Source: Hydrolagus affinis
Taxonomy: Eukaryota
Direction of reading: 5' to 3'
Length of the DNA stretch: 62,642 nucleotides
Assembly (NCBI GenBank): GCA_012026655.1
Contig: JAAILG010000213.1
Coordinates: 62,001 to 124,642 of the forward strand
The position numbers and the translations under genes were made by a program. Positions 51,301-62,642 of the stretch are shown here, piece by piece. Position 1 is the first letter of the stretch. Each line of letters starts with the position of its first letter. A model generated the notes under the pieces. The model had not been told where the DNA came from. It saw only the letters and a list, made by a program, of their open reading frames with translations, and did not search any database.

Positions 51301-52017
51301 CGGTTAAGAGCATTGACTCTGAAAACTGATGACAGACGGGATGGCCGATATGATAGTTTTTCACCTTATGTAAGACTAGAGGTTAAAGATTATGCAACAT
51401 GTACTGTAGTGAACTATCCTGAGGAGGATAACAACAACCTTAAGCAAAAGAAACATTCCCAACACCAATCTCATGGTTCAGTTCCCAAATCATCTTGCTT
51501 GTTACTGGGCCCAACTATTCATGACACTCACCAAAAAAGCTTTCTGATCTGCTGTCTGTGTGGCCATTCTGCAAATGCTAAGGAATTAGGTGATCTTTTT
51601 GGACCATTTTATCCTGTCGGGTATACCCTTCCAAATGTCCCAAACTCACGGACAAAGACAAAAATGAATATAGATCAAACAAATAGTAATACCTTTAGTT
51701 CTAGTTGTAGTTCCCCTCAGAATGCAGTACATACAACTTTGGGAGAAAATCAGGAATCTAGTACAAGGGAGGGAACAATAACTCGAGGACAGAAGCGAAA
51801 AAGTTGTGATAGTATTGAAGAGTCTGCAAAGGGTCCAGATATTAAGAAGCCTAACAATGAGCTCTCGTTGGAAGATTGGTACCAGCCGCCTTTGGTCCCA
51901 ATGGATACTAATGAACACTGGATGCATGAAGACTGTGTGACATGGTGTGCTGGTGTTTTTCTTGTGAGAGGAAAGTTGTATGGTTTGCTGGAAGCTGTCA
52001 ATCTTGCACAAGAGACG
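48346..52017 (+). CDS. RAI1/TCF20-family ePHD chromatin protein, giant first coding exon (1224 codons)
   Basis: Acceptors end at 48318 and 48323; in-frame TGA at 48325 upstream of the ATG; motifs GMRLEQIVQNI, EPEIRLR, FSPYVRLE, CTVVN, CCLCGHSANAKELGDLFGPFYP, EHWMHEDCVTWCAGVFLVRGKLYGLLEA; donor ACG|gtaagt. Confidence 0.92.
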
Positions 52018-53499
52018 GTAAGTGGGGTGGTGGAGGGAGAAATTGTTATATTATGCAACTGTAAATACTTTTTATTGCATATGTTGAGACTTGTATTATT
52101 CCTTGAACTTTGATTACTCATGATAGTAGTGATGCTAACGATACAAATGTCAAAACATTCAAAAGCTATCCTTGTGGAGAAAGCTACAAATAATGCATTG
52201 AATTATTTGCGTTACATTCAGCTTTGCATAATTCAATCAGCTGCTTTTCATCTAGTCCACATGAAGCCCTGCTAAATTTAGTCAATTTTACCTCATATAT
52301 TGTGTAATTAAATTTAAACGCAACGCAGTGAAAACAATACAATTGTCAAGGCATCGTACACCTTAGGAGGAACAAAGCTTCCTGAAGGAAAAAAATTACA
52401 AGTCTACTGAGGCTCCACTTGTACACTTGTCACTTTCATTTTCTATTCCGCCTTTCATGATTGAGGACTTCTCAAGGCACCTCACAATACTTACAGTAAA
52501 GTGTAGTGTCTGTGTATTTTGTAGGCAAACGTGGGTATATCTTTCCTATCTGCCCTCAGACAATGACATTTTGCTAAAGCTGGGATTCCATCCTAAAATA
52601 TCTCCCTGTCCCACACAGGCCATTAAGCAATGCCGTAGGAGGTTCACAACTAGAATTTGAGATGTCTCTTCATTTCAGTATTCCTAATAACCTCAGTTTA
52701 AAATAGTGGAGTCAGTAATTCAATGAAGTAGTGCAGTTACATTCTCATGTGCTCCTATTCTGTGGTGCAGTGTGTTGGTGCTTCAGTGAGAAAAATACCT
52801 AAAACATGGAACAGGCAGTTTCCTGTTTTCTTTGATAAACAAAGTAGAATTTATATTAACTCTGAAAGTGAAAGTTTATCATAAATTTTCCGAAATCAGG
52901 ATGCTCTTTGGAAGCAATGGAATTGTAAAACTGGAATAAAGTTCCTTGCCCCTATGTCCCTTAAATCTGCCAATGCCTTATGTTCTTGGTGCCTTAGTTC
53001 AAGTAAATATGGTAATTATCTTGTTATTTTGGAGTCTAGCCATTGCAGGGAAGTGCAGCTGGACTTTTGTAGTTTCTGATTGCCTGATCCCTAGCTTTTG
53101 AATCACACAGGGACAGGCAGCCTTGCTTGCTTCTTTTTAGTTGAATTTGTGTGGAACCATGTTGTCACAATCTATTGTTTGAAGTTGCTTTGAATAGATA
53201 CAGTCCCAGTAGAAATTCTGTTGTAGTCAGTAGAAGAGCTCAAACTATGATGTGATGAATGTCTGATCAGAGCAACAGATTTGCCAATCCCCGTGAGATT
53301 GTCATAATTAAGCTTGACTATTATTTCTATGTCATTTGAATTAAATTTGGGCAGATCATGGCTACCTCCATTTAATACAGAGCTCAATTTTTTTTTACTT
53401 TGTGAGCAGTTCTCAAGTTAACAGTAAATATCTGAGATATTATTCCACATTCTCTATCCCTTATTCCTTTTTTTCCCTGTGTTGTTCAACTCTGATCTG

Positions 53500-53965
53500 T
53501 CCAGCTTTCCCACACCTCCACAACATTACCTCCCTCCACCACTACCTCTCCACTTGGGCCCTAACACCCTTATCAATGCTTTCTTCATTCCCACGCTAGC
53601 CTACACCAACTCTGCTCATCTAACTTCCCAACTCTTCTCTCCACAAGCTGTAGACCAACCAAAACTGCAGCTTGTGGCCTCTCCCGCATTAGGCTCTAAT
53701 GCGTCCGCGTCCGCGCCCAGCTCCGCTGGCTCCCATCCTCAGAGGATTGAATTCAAGATCCTCATGCTCACTTTTAAATCCCTCCAAGGTCTTGCCCAAG
53801 CTTAAATCCCACCAACCCACATGTGCCTTCAGTTCTGCTGTATGCCTCCCACCTTGCCCACCCCACTATCAGTGTCGAGTTTTCATCTCCCCCACTCTCT
53901 GGAACTCCATTCCAGAGTTCCCCATCCCTCACCTCCTTCAATATCTGTCTCAAGACCTTCCTCAG
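53500..53965 (+). mobile_element. Degraded L2 LINE 3' fragment
   Basis: PNTLINAFFIPTLAYTNS and QRIEFKILMLTFKSLQGLA motifs. Confidence 0.7.
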
Positions 53966-54994
53966 ACTTACTAAATAGGTGGGTAACCTAGGAGTCAGGT
54001 TGGACTTACAGCTGTCTTCAGAATGTTAAGTTTTGCATCCTACAATATTTATTATTTAACAATCGTCTCAAACAGTTGAAATGTTAATAAGCTTGTGCAG
54101 TATGATTGTTAGCACACAGTAATAACTGAACAACTAACTAAAATAGTTTCTGCACTGAACATCACAATTGTGTGATGCTTTAACTGCTCCTTTCATTGAA
54201 CGGTAGCTTATTGTGGCAAGCCTGGAGCTAATTTAGACCACCCAGCTGCCTCCCATTAAGGCCACTCACCACCATGCCAATGTCTCAAAACAATTTATCT
54301 GATTTTAGTGTATCGTGATTGTGTATTTCCAGGCATATTTGTTGATTTAATATCCAACCAGTGATTATCTCGGTGGATGGGAGGGGTACCCAAGGTCTCC
54401 TTGTGGTTTAACTAGTTCCACGGTAACGTGCCTGATAATGGAATATTGACTGTAAAAGAATCCTGCAGCCGACTTGGCTGGTGGTCCTGAGCTAGATAAC
54501 TGTGCTGTTCCCAAATAACTGTATATAATAGATCGACCACCTAGCTCAATGGCAGGACTTGGAGAGGTTGACTATCTTGTTGGGTGGTCCTAGCTGGTCC
54601 CAGACAGTATTAGTATTGATGATGGCACCCCATGCAGTTTTCTCTGGTTAAACTCCAGCACTATCCAATGCATGCTCTGGAGTTCTCCTGACGTGAAAGG
54701 CGCTTTACAAATGTAATTTTGTTGTTGGGGTCCTTAGTTAGGCCTTGACTTTTGCTAACCATGCCTAATACAGTACTTTCCAGAATTGGGTAAGATGTGT
54801 GCATATTTCAATCTTAATTTGGAAGCTAACTTTTAACAACTGCACAAAACTGGCTTCCAGAATCTGATAGGGTTACAGATATTGCTGGGATTCTGTACTG
54901 TTTGAAAATGCAATAGTCTCGTAGGCCAAGCCAAGGTGTTGTTTCGTATCTTTAGCTTTTCATACCATTCTAATGCTGACCTTTTATTCAACAG

Positions 54995-55088
54995 ATTTGC
55001 TCCAAATGCCAGAAAACTGGTGCCACTTTAGGCTGCTATTTTAAAGGTTGCCCTCTTAAGTACCACTATGCCTGTGCTGTAGAAAGTA
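54995..55088 (+). CDS. RAI1/TCF20-like coding exon 2 (PHD finger)
   Basis: 94 bp, phase 0-1; [31 protein letters not shown]; A|gtgagt. Confidence 0.92.
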
Positions 55089-55901
55089 GTGAGTATCTTT
55101 CTGTTGTTCATCATTAAATGGTTTACGATAAGGAAGGTAAATGTTTGTTGTGCTGGAAATAATAAATCTTTTAATCTGTAATTAAAATCCCATTCTTTAA
55201 TCCCCAGTGGCTTCTTATTTGTATTTAGCAATATTTTAATGTCATTTTCATCTTCTTTTGTGCAGTTAATAAAATTCCAATTTGCAAATTCAATTGCGAA
55301 TGGGCAAAACAAATGGGAATTGTAAAGCAAATAAAAGTGAAGAATGGATCATATCTCATTTTAGCTTTGTCAGTAACAATATTTTATGCATCTTTAACAG
55401 ATCTTTAAGTAAATTTCCAAATTTTAGGGTTTCATTTGAAGTATTTGACGAATATTTAACATGACTAAATCAGTATTTGTTAATTTTTTTTATTGTGTTT
55501 TTATTTTGTTTGGTGAATTAATGTGACGGAAGTCAAATGATTCATGGCAAATTAATTTCAGTTACTGAAGAATATAAAGATAGTTAAAGTACACCCACAG
55601 AACCTGCAATGAAAGATTGTGGTTAACAGTTAATTGAATCTGTGCTGATGTATGATGTGCCAGGTGCTGTGATCCATTCTTAAACCATTGTTGTGTTTTT
55701 ATCTACTGAAAATTGACACTTGTTTGCTGTGAAGCAGTGAATTTTATCTTTCTACTAGTCTTGTTGTCTGTGGCCCATCAACCTGCATTTGGGCCTCTGC
55801 AGTTGCTGTCCTGAATGTTTGTTCTAATTGGATATAATAACAAAGGCCTCTATTTGTTTTTTCTCTATCCTGATTGGCTTCTATTTGTTTTTCTACTACA
55901 G

Positions 55902-55951
55902 AATGTTTGCTAAATGAAGATAATTTCTCAATGAAATGTGTAAAACACAAG
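55902..55951 (+). CDS. RAI1/TCF20-like coding exon 3 (end of PHD)
   Basis: 50 bp, phase 1-0; KCLLNEDNFSMKCVKHK|gtaaga. Confidence 0.92.
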
Positions 55952-56619
55952 GTAAGATGAAAGTGCAGTTCACTTTGCATTTCATTAATTTTTTGCTCTG
56001 TTAGTTAATTTGCGATTTCAAAGGGCCAGGATTCAAAGCTGTGTCCGCCTGCTCTTTATGGTTAAGCACAAGAGCACTGAGGGAGCTCAGACCACGTTTT
56101 AATCCTAAACTTGTAGATTCTAGTACTGTATTAATACAATGCCTAAATAAACTTAAAACATGTTTTGATAATATTGCAGTGTGTCTGCATAGGAACTACA
56201 TTCTTATTTGACTACCTCTGTGTCTTCAAACTATTTGTATATACAGTACAAGAGTCCTGTTATAACATCACATCCTCCCGACGTGAAATGTGCTTTATAA
56301 ATGTAATTTTGTTGTTGTTGTATAACATGGTAGTTTGGGACATAACATCCAAACCAGCCATATAATGAGATGTGATCACCAGTCAGTGTTTCTTTATTCA
56401 GATTTCAGGTGCAGTGAGATGTAAAGCTACAGTGATTGTGTCAATATATTGGGCGTTGTCATTTTGTTTTAATGTCCTGAATGTGATTGACATTTTCCTC
56501 CTTGTGTACCAGTCAAATTAGTTGATCCCTGGGGGCATCTGAGGTGTGACAATGTAAGATGGGATTTTAGAATTAAGAACCACATGGAAAATGATAAATT
56601 TTTCTTCCTTATGTCCCAG

Positions 56620-56667
56620 GACAAAGTTCTGAAAGGATCAGTTTCAGCAAAAGGAGAAAGTAGGTGA
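56620..56667 (+). CDS. RAI1/TCF20-like last coding exon
   Basis: cccag|DKVLKGSVSAKGESR*; resembles the TCF20 tail NKTAKGSLSTEQSERG as recalled. Confidence 0.75.
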   Translation, partial: DKVLKGSVSAKGESR

Positions 56668-56880
56668 CAGTGACGCTGCAGCCTAAATTTGCTTCAGCTG
56701 TAAGTATATCCAATGATTCAAATAATTGCCTAGTCGGTGATGGCATCTTATCACCTCTTCAAAATGTCTCAAAGCGCTTTCCTGTAAAGTTAAAATTGAT
56801 TGTATTTTGTGGGAAAAATGTACATTTTTGGCAACCAATGGTTTACCAGCTAACATTCTCCTAATATTTCTCTCCTACAG

Positions 56881-59800
56881 TTTGAGATGGATGTCCTATT
56901 TGAGGGAGAAATAAACTTGCATGTTGCTCTTGCAATGAAGCTAACGGAAGATACTGACAGAGAACACTGTGGTCTCCCATGCCCTTTATTGCAGCCGTTA
57001 TGCTAAATAGAAATTGGTTCACATTCATACTTCCAAGATGACTCTACTTCATTTAAGATTATTTTTCCGTTCCTGTTCTAGATTTTATCTGCATTGTCTG
57101 TCTGTGTGCTTTACTCCAGAATTCAGTAGAAATCCACTACGTTTACCAGAAGAAGCCACAACTGCAGGTTTGTTTCAAGAAGACGAGCCTGATGTTCATA
57201 GTCCGATCAGAGCACAAACTAGAATAGAAAGTGATCTAGATACCCAGTACATTAGTTCCTATATAGATATTGCTTCCATGTGTATTGGCAGGGTTGAAAT
57301 GACCAGTGGTCCTGCTTGAGATGTATTACGTACATTTAGAATATTTATACATCATGGTATCGTGCTCTAATGTACATCATGATCTAGAATGCCCTTGCCT
57401 GTAATGGAGAGTACTTGTAGCACCTGAATTTCTCTCATTACTTTGTAGACCTAATTATATGTGCAGCATTGACCTATACGAACAGTCTTTCTAACTTGCA
57501 CTTGTGACCAGTGTTCTGCTGTTGAGATGAGCTAGCGTGGCTTGGCAGTTCACATCATGGTAATGTTGATAATAATCTTTGCATTTGATATAGCGCCTTA
57601 TCACATCTTCAAGACGTCTCAAAGCGCTTCACCCAATATAATGTAATGTGAATTGACTGAATTTGTTGTGGGTTAAACGCACAGCAAGGTCCCATAAACA
57701 CTCGTGGACTGAGTGATGAAATAATTTTTTTTGAAAGAATTATTACTGAGTTAGGTTAATTATATATGATTCAGTCATTGTGCTGTGACCAATTGCAGTC
57801 GACACCTTTTGGAAAAATTTAATTTAAAAAGTATGTCAAACAGCTACTAAACAAAATACCTGCTCGCTGAGATCTTCTAATACACTTAGTCCTGAAAGTT
57901 CTTTTGGAAAGTTGTGCTGTTCAATGGGCAATCCCACAAAACTCTGTAATCCTTTTCATTATAAGCAGTGATTTCTTATACTCCCATTTCTACTTTTATT
58001 TCTGTACTTTTTGCATCATCTCTTATCAGATTGTTTATGAAGTTATCGTTTTTTTAAAATCCTTCTGACATTTCTGATTCAAAATGATTTTATTAATTGG
58101 ATTGAGCCATTCGTGTATACACTGGTACAAATGACTGGTTAGCAACAATGTTGGACAGCCATTTATTTAAGGATGGCTTTGACAACCATAATATGGACTA
58201 ATTTAAAACTCCCACTGTAACCCATGTTAAACTAACAAATTTAAACATATTGGTCACCTACCTTTTTAATAGACCAGTTTAGTTAAGCCCAGAAGTGCAA
58301 TTTTCTTTCCATGAATCTGATGTGAACTGTGTGAATTATGTTAAAGGCTGCTTTGGTGAGCAGATAATGTTGCATCTGTTCCTTTATCTTCACAATGTCC
58401 ACCCTCTGGGGTCTTGTATAAATTTACGCAATGTTATTTTGCTGTATTAAGCGCTCAGATAGTGCCCTGCATGAAGGGTGTTATATAAATGCAAGTTGTT
58501 GTTGTATATGTTTGGAATAACTATAGTAGGACCATCTAGCAGCAGTTGCACAATTTATTTTATATAGTTCTGTGAAAATAGCTAGTTACAAGGAGTATGA
58601 ATGAGCAAGCCTAAAGTGTTACCTCTTTGTTTTCCCTATCTTTTATTCTGTTTTATTGCCATATTCATTCTTTCCGGTGTTTCACTTTGTTTTCCCTTTC
58701 ATCTATTTTCCTCTCATGGCAATATCTTCCACTCTTTTAAGGCTTCACTTGCATTCCTCCTCATACTTGCATTGCATGCTGTAACAGTAGGGAAGTGTAC
58801 CGTTAGTACTAGCAAAACATCTTACCATTGAGAGCAGGGTCTTTCAAAGACCGATTCATGTGGAAAATGAATAGCTATTTATTAGAAGTAATTTGGAGCA
58901 TATGGCCCGACGGGAATAGAAATAGGTAAAATTGCAGAGGGGATGTTGTTTAACGTTGAGGTTTAATGCAGTTATCAGTAACTGCAACAGGTTTTGGATG
59001 TCAGTTGTGTAGGGCTGTAGCTTAGTGTGAGTCTCATTGGATTTTTTTTGGCCAGCCGGGTGACTCTACACAAGTAGAAACCCATCACCGTGCTTAAACG
59101 TATCCAAACCAAGTTGAAATTTCCATGCGTCCAACCTCCAAATGGAAATCCCAGATAGATGGTCAGAATGGAATGTGCACTCTCCCTGGATGGACACAGC
59201 CAGGCGTGACACACCGTGGAGCCAGTTCAGAGACCCCACTTACTGGATGTTTGAGGTAACCATAGTTTGAACCACTTTCTCTGAATGCTTACGGTGTTTA
59301 GCTATTACTTTGTATTCAGTTATCAAAATGGGAAGCAGGCTGAAAACAAACCTGCATGTATGGTAGATGCAAAAACAAATGAGTCTGTTTAATGGGGGGG
59401 AGAGGGGGTTAAAACAGCGTTTATAAATGTTTTTGAACAATTCACATTTTCTGTTTTCCTTCCATCACTTTGTCAATGTATCTGAATTGTTCTGAAGAAC
59501 GTTTACAAATGTTAGTATAGTTTTGTGTTGTAGTTAGCTAGGCATTTTAAGGCAGTTTGCATGTTATCAGCCAAACCACCATGTACGTCACTGCATTTTC
59601 CTCATGGCAGTCTCTCCTGTGCTGACCTTTGATTTTACAAATGTTTGGATTTTGCTGTGACCTCTGTGCAGAAATCGATCTGTTAGCAGCAAGATTCTTT
59701 CTTCATTTCCAGTGCTATCTGCATTAATGGCTTACTTACCTTGTCCCATTAGTTTTTTTTAAGTGTCAATGTGAATTGCTGTATCAGATCAGACAGACAC

Positions 59801-60490
59801 CATTCACACTATTCCCATTGCTATTGATACTGGAGTCTTTAGCAAAGCTTATAACAATTTCAGCTGTGCTTTAATGGGTTGTTTGTTTCATGCATTGATT
59901 CATAGCAGACAGGAAATGCACCTATTCTGGGCAGATTGAGGGAGGGGGAATAAGACCAATAAAGAACATATTAAAATGGATTTAAACGTTGTACAGCTGC
60001 TTTGTGAGCAGACTTGCAGTACATCCTCCTGCTTTATGTAATTAAAAATGCAGAACTGTTCCACTGCAGATTGTCGCAAGAAGCAAACAGTGATTGAAAG
60101 CTCAGCAGGCGGAAGCACTGATTAGCACCAGAGGTCTCTGGGAAACATTCGTTCATTACCTTTTGTTGACAGAACAGGAGCCTCTTCTATTGGTTTCCTG
60201 TAGAAAACCTTGCTGAAAGGTCAAGTTCACAGCTTGCGATTGAATGGCGTTTCACATTCTGTTTTGTCCCCTTTGTGCTGGCCACTGGTCTTCAACTGAA
60301 TGAACTGTGAGGATTGTTTTTTTAAACAAACAATTCTCATAAATTGGGCTGCAAGAATTTTATGCTTTTTTTTAAAAAAGAAAAACAGCCTTGATTCAAG
60401 TTGATAGTTTCATGTCATTTCTGTATATTTCTTTCCATGAATAAAAATGAGCAGGTTTTGGAAATAAATCTAACAATGTTTGTGTGAGAT
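56881..60490 (+). other. Probable non-coding terminal (3'UTR) exon of the RAI1/TCF20-like gene
   Basis: Donor gtaagt at 56700, strong acceptor ctaatatttctctcctacag ending 56880, AATAAA at 60440 and 60463. Confidence 0.45.
57568..57730 (-). mobile_element. SINE fragment
   Basis: aataatctttgcatttgatatagcgccttatcacatcttcaagacgtctcaaagcgcttcac. Confidence 0.8.
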
Positions 60491-60591
60491 GCAATTTTAT
60501 TCAAAGTCCATGTGGAACTATGTGCCCCTCCAGGAGGTGAATATTTTCTCAAATGTTTAATAGAAAAATACAGGAAAAGTGCATTATACTA

Positions 60592-60700
60592 AAAACATAA
60601 GAATTAGGAGCAGGAGTAGGCCAATCGGCCCCTCGAGCCTTCCCCGCCATTCAATAAGACCAAGGTTGGTCTTTTAATCTAACTCCACCTCATCCCCATA
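60592..60700 (-). mobile_element. CR1 LINE 3' end
   Basis: aaacataagaattaggagcaggagtaggccaatcggcccctcgagcct...ccgccattcaataaga. Confidence 0.75.
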
Positions 60701-62642
60701 TCTCTTAATGAATAGTGGTTTAGGCCGACCATATAGAATTTTACCCTATGTTTATTTTTAAATAAAAGTATGAATTGCAAAAAGGCTGGATGAGCAAACT
60801 AGAAAACCAAAAGGCAAACCTTCCTAAAAAATTTACTGGGATTTTCCACCTCAAAACAAATACAAAAACTGCAAATAGGATTAAATTAACAAAGATGGGA
60901 ACTGGTATTCTATCCTGCAGCACTGAACCCTATGTTTATTGATGCATAAACTCAAAATCTTGACAACTTGTTTTTCATGTGAATACATAACTTGATTCTC
61001 GAGGTGGGTTACATTTTCAAGCTGACAGGATTCTCTGTTTAAACAAATATTCAACGTTATTCAGGAAAATATCAATAGTTTGAAATGAGGGAAGGAAAGT
61101 TGGCATTGGAATATTTTATGAACACTTATACACATGAATACTCATACACATTTGGACATGGTGCAAAAATATTTTATTGCTAACATATGTAAAGTTAGGT
61201 GGTGTGGTATTTACTGTGTATTTACAACAGACAGCAGTTTCCTATGACTGGGAAGGGAGCAAATTCAGCACAATTAAATACAGTAAATACAGGGCCTGCC
61301 AAAGGCAGTAGCTACAAAAGCTACCCAACATACCTTTCTCTCTTCACGCTCGCTCTCTCGTATACCGTAGGATGATAATCCTTACTGTATATAAAGGAAA
61401 AATCGTACCAAGGGCTTTGGATTTCCGCACGGTTTTATTTTCTGAGAAACAGTATCCCTTTTGTCGACCAACAAGGCTGGAATATTAAACTATCAAAACA
61501 TCAGCATGCTCCTTCACATAATTCAGGCTCTTTATCATCAAGGTAGTGTAACGCACATTTACTCAAACATACCAGTAGTACCACATAAATCAGCTATCAT
61601 CACTTGCAGTACACATCTGCCTGCCAAGAACTGGTTTTGATGCATCAACCAATGCTCTAAACAAAAAGGTAAGCTTGGGTCAATATCACTTCACATGGTT
61701 ATTCATTTCATGTAATGTTAATTGTAATTACACACAATAAGCAAAATTACTCTTAACCCATTTCACCCAACCACCTGCCCATCATGTTCTGTTCTTAGTG
61801 ACTGTCCATTTTTTTAATGCTTGGTCTGTTAACCATTTTTTAAAAAACATGTTTAATACACATTTTTAGCAGAATACAATGTAATCACACAGTCTTACTG
61901 TTAAAAATATAGGTAAATGCAATCCATGTGTCTTGTTCAATCTATAGATTGTTAATGAAAGGATTAACAGTACAACATTTTTCATTTGGTTTTGTTTATA
62001 CTTTTGTCATAATTCTGAAGCCCCTATAAAATTCACAGTCCACAATTACTTACTACATTGTAGGTTACCAGCTAGCAGCAGTACAAACATTATGATGCAG
62101 TTCACAATATCAAAGGCAAAAAGCTCAAGACCAGAAAATAAAACACTGAACCTTAAAAAGGTTCCAAATTCTGAATTTTGCTCAAAGCCTGATTAACAGG
62201 GTGGTTTTTTTTTAAAAAAAGGTTCAAATAAAATTATTAGAAACCTATGACATTTTTATAGGATTTATTGGGAAGATGCTGTGTATTTATGTGTACCCAT
62301 GTATGTGTATATACATATATAATACATATTTTGATAAATATATATCATATATATATTAATGCATGAAGAGTTTTAACCTGCAGCCAAAATAGACCAAGAA
62401 AATGGGATACTGTCTCTTCACCTGTACCTACTGAAAATACTCCCAACATCCAGACCAAACTTTCAGGCCAATAACCAATAATACAAGCATCCCTTACTCT
62501 GTGGTTATATACAGGTAGTGTCGTCCGTACTTTTTTTTAAAAGGACTTCCAATCTGTTTGCACAGTAGCTTATACAGCAGTGTATATAAATCAGCTTTAC
62601 ACACTGTGAGAGGGCCAACAATTACCTCCCCCTCCAAGTCCA

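Noticed and set aside
52018-52113. C-terminal 31 aa of the 1255-aa ORF (VSGVVEGE...FLEL)
   Set aside because: Intron read-through past the donor ACG|gtaagt; the PHD continues at 54995.
1-62642. CRISPR arrays, operons or other prokaryotic systems
   Set aside because: The sequence is spliced vertebrate DNA; recurring motifs are dispersed SINE/LINE tails, not regularly spaced repeats.

Overview
Vertebrate genomic DNA. The repeat content (tRNA-headed and Deu-type SINEs, L2, CR1) suggests a cartilaginous fish such as a chimaera; this is inference. There are three N gaps. Three spliced genes were rebuilt by hand from GT/AG junctions and reading phase. (1) The 3' half of the T-type calcium channel gene CACNA1G (Cav3.1) on +, 16 coding exons at 2866-24816, covering domain III S4-S5 to the C-terminus and keeping the alternative-splicing elements known from mammals. 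(2) A complete 12-exon FDXR gene (ferredoxin reductase, 493 aa) on -, 34757-42817. (3) A complete, about 1287-aa RAI1/TCF20-family extended-PHD gene on +, 48346-56667, head-to-head with FDXR across a CpG island. The third gene is the most interesting item: it is much shorter than RAI1 or TCF20, lacks their MQSFRE N-terminus, mixes diagnostic residues of both, and carries candidate SUMO-interacting motifs, so it may be a third ohnolog lost in mammals. Exon numbers follow human nomenclature from memory; repeat boundaries are approximate.
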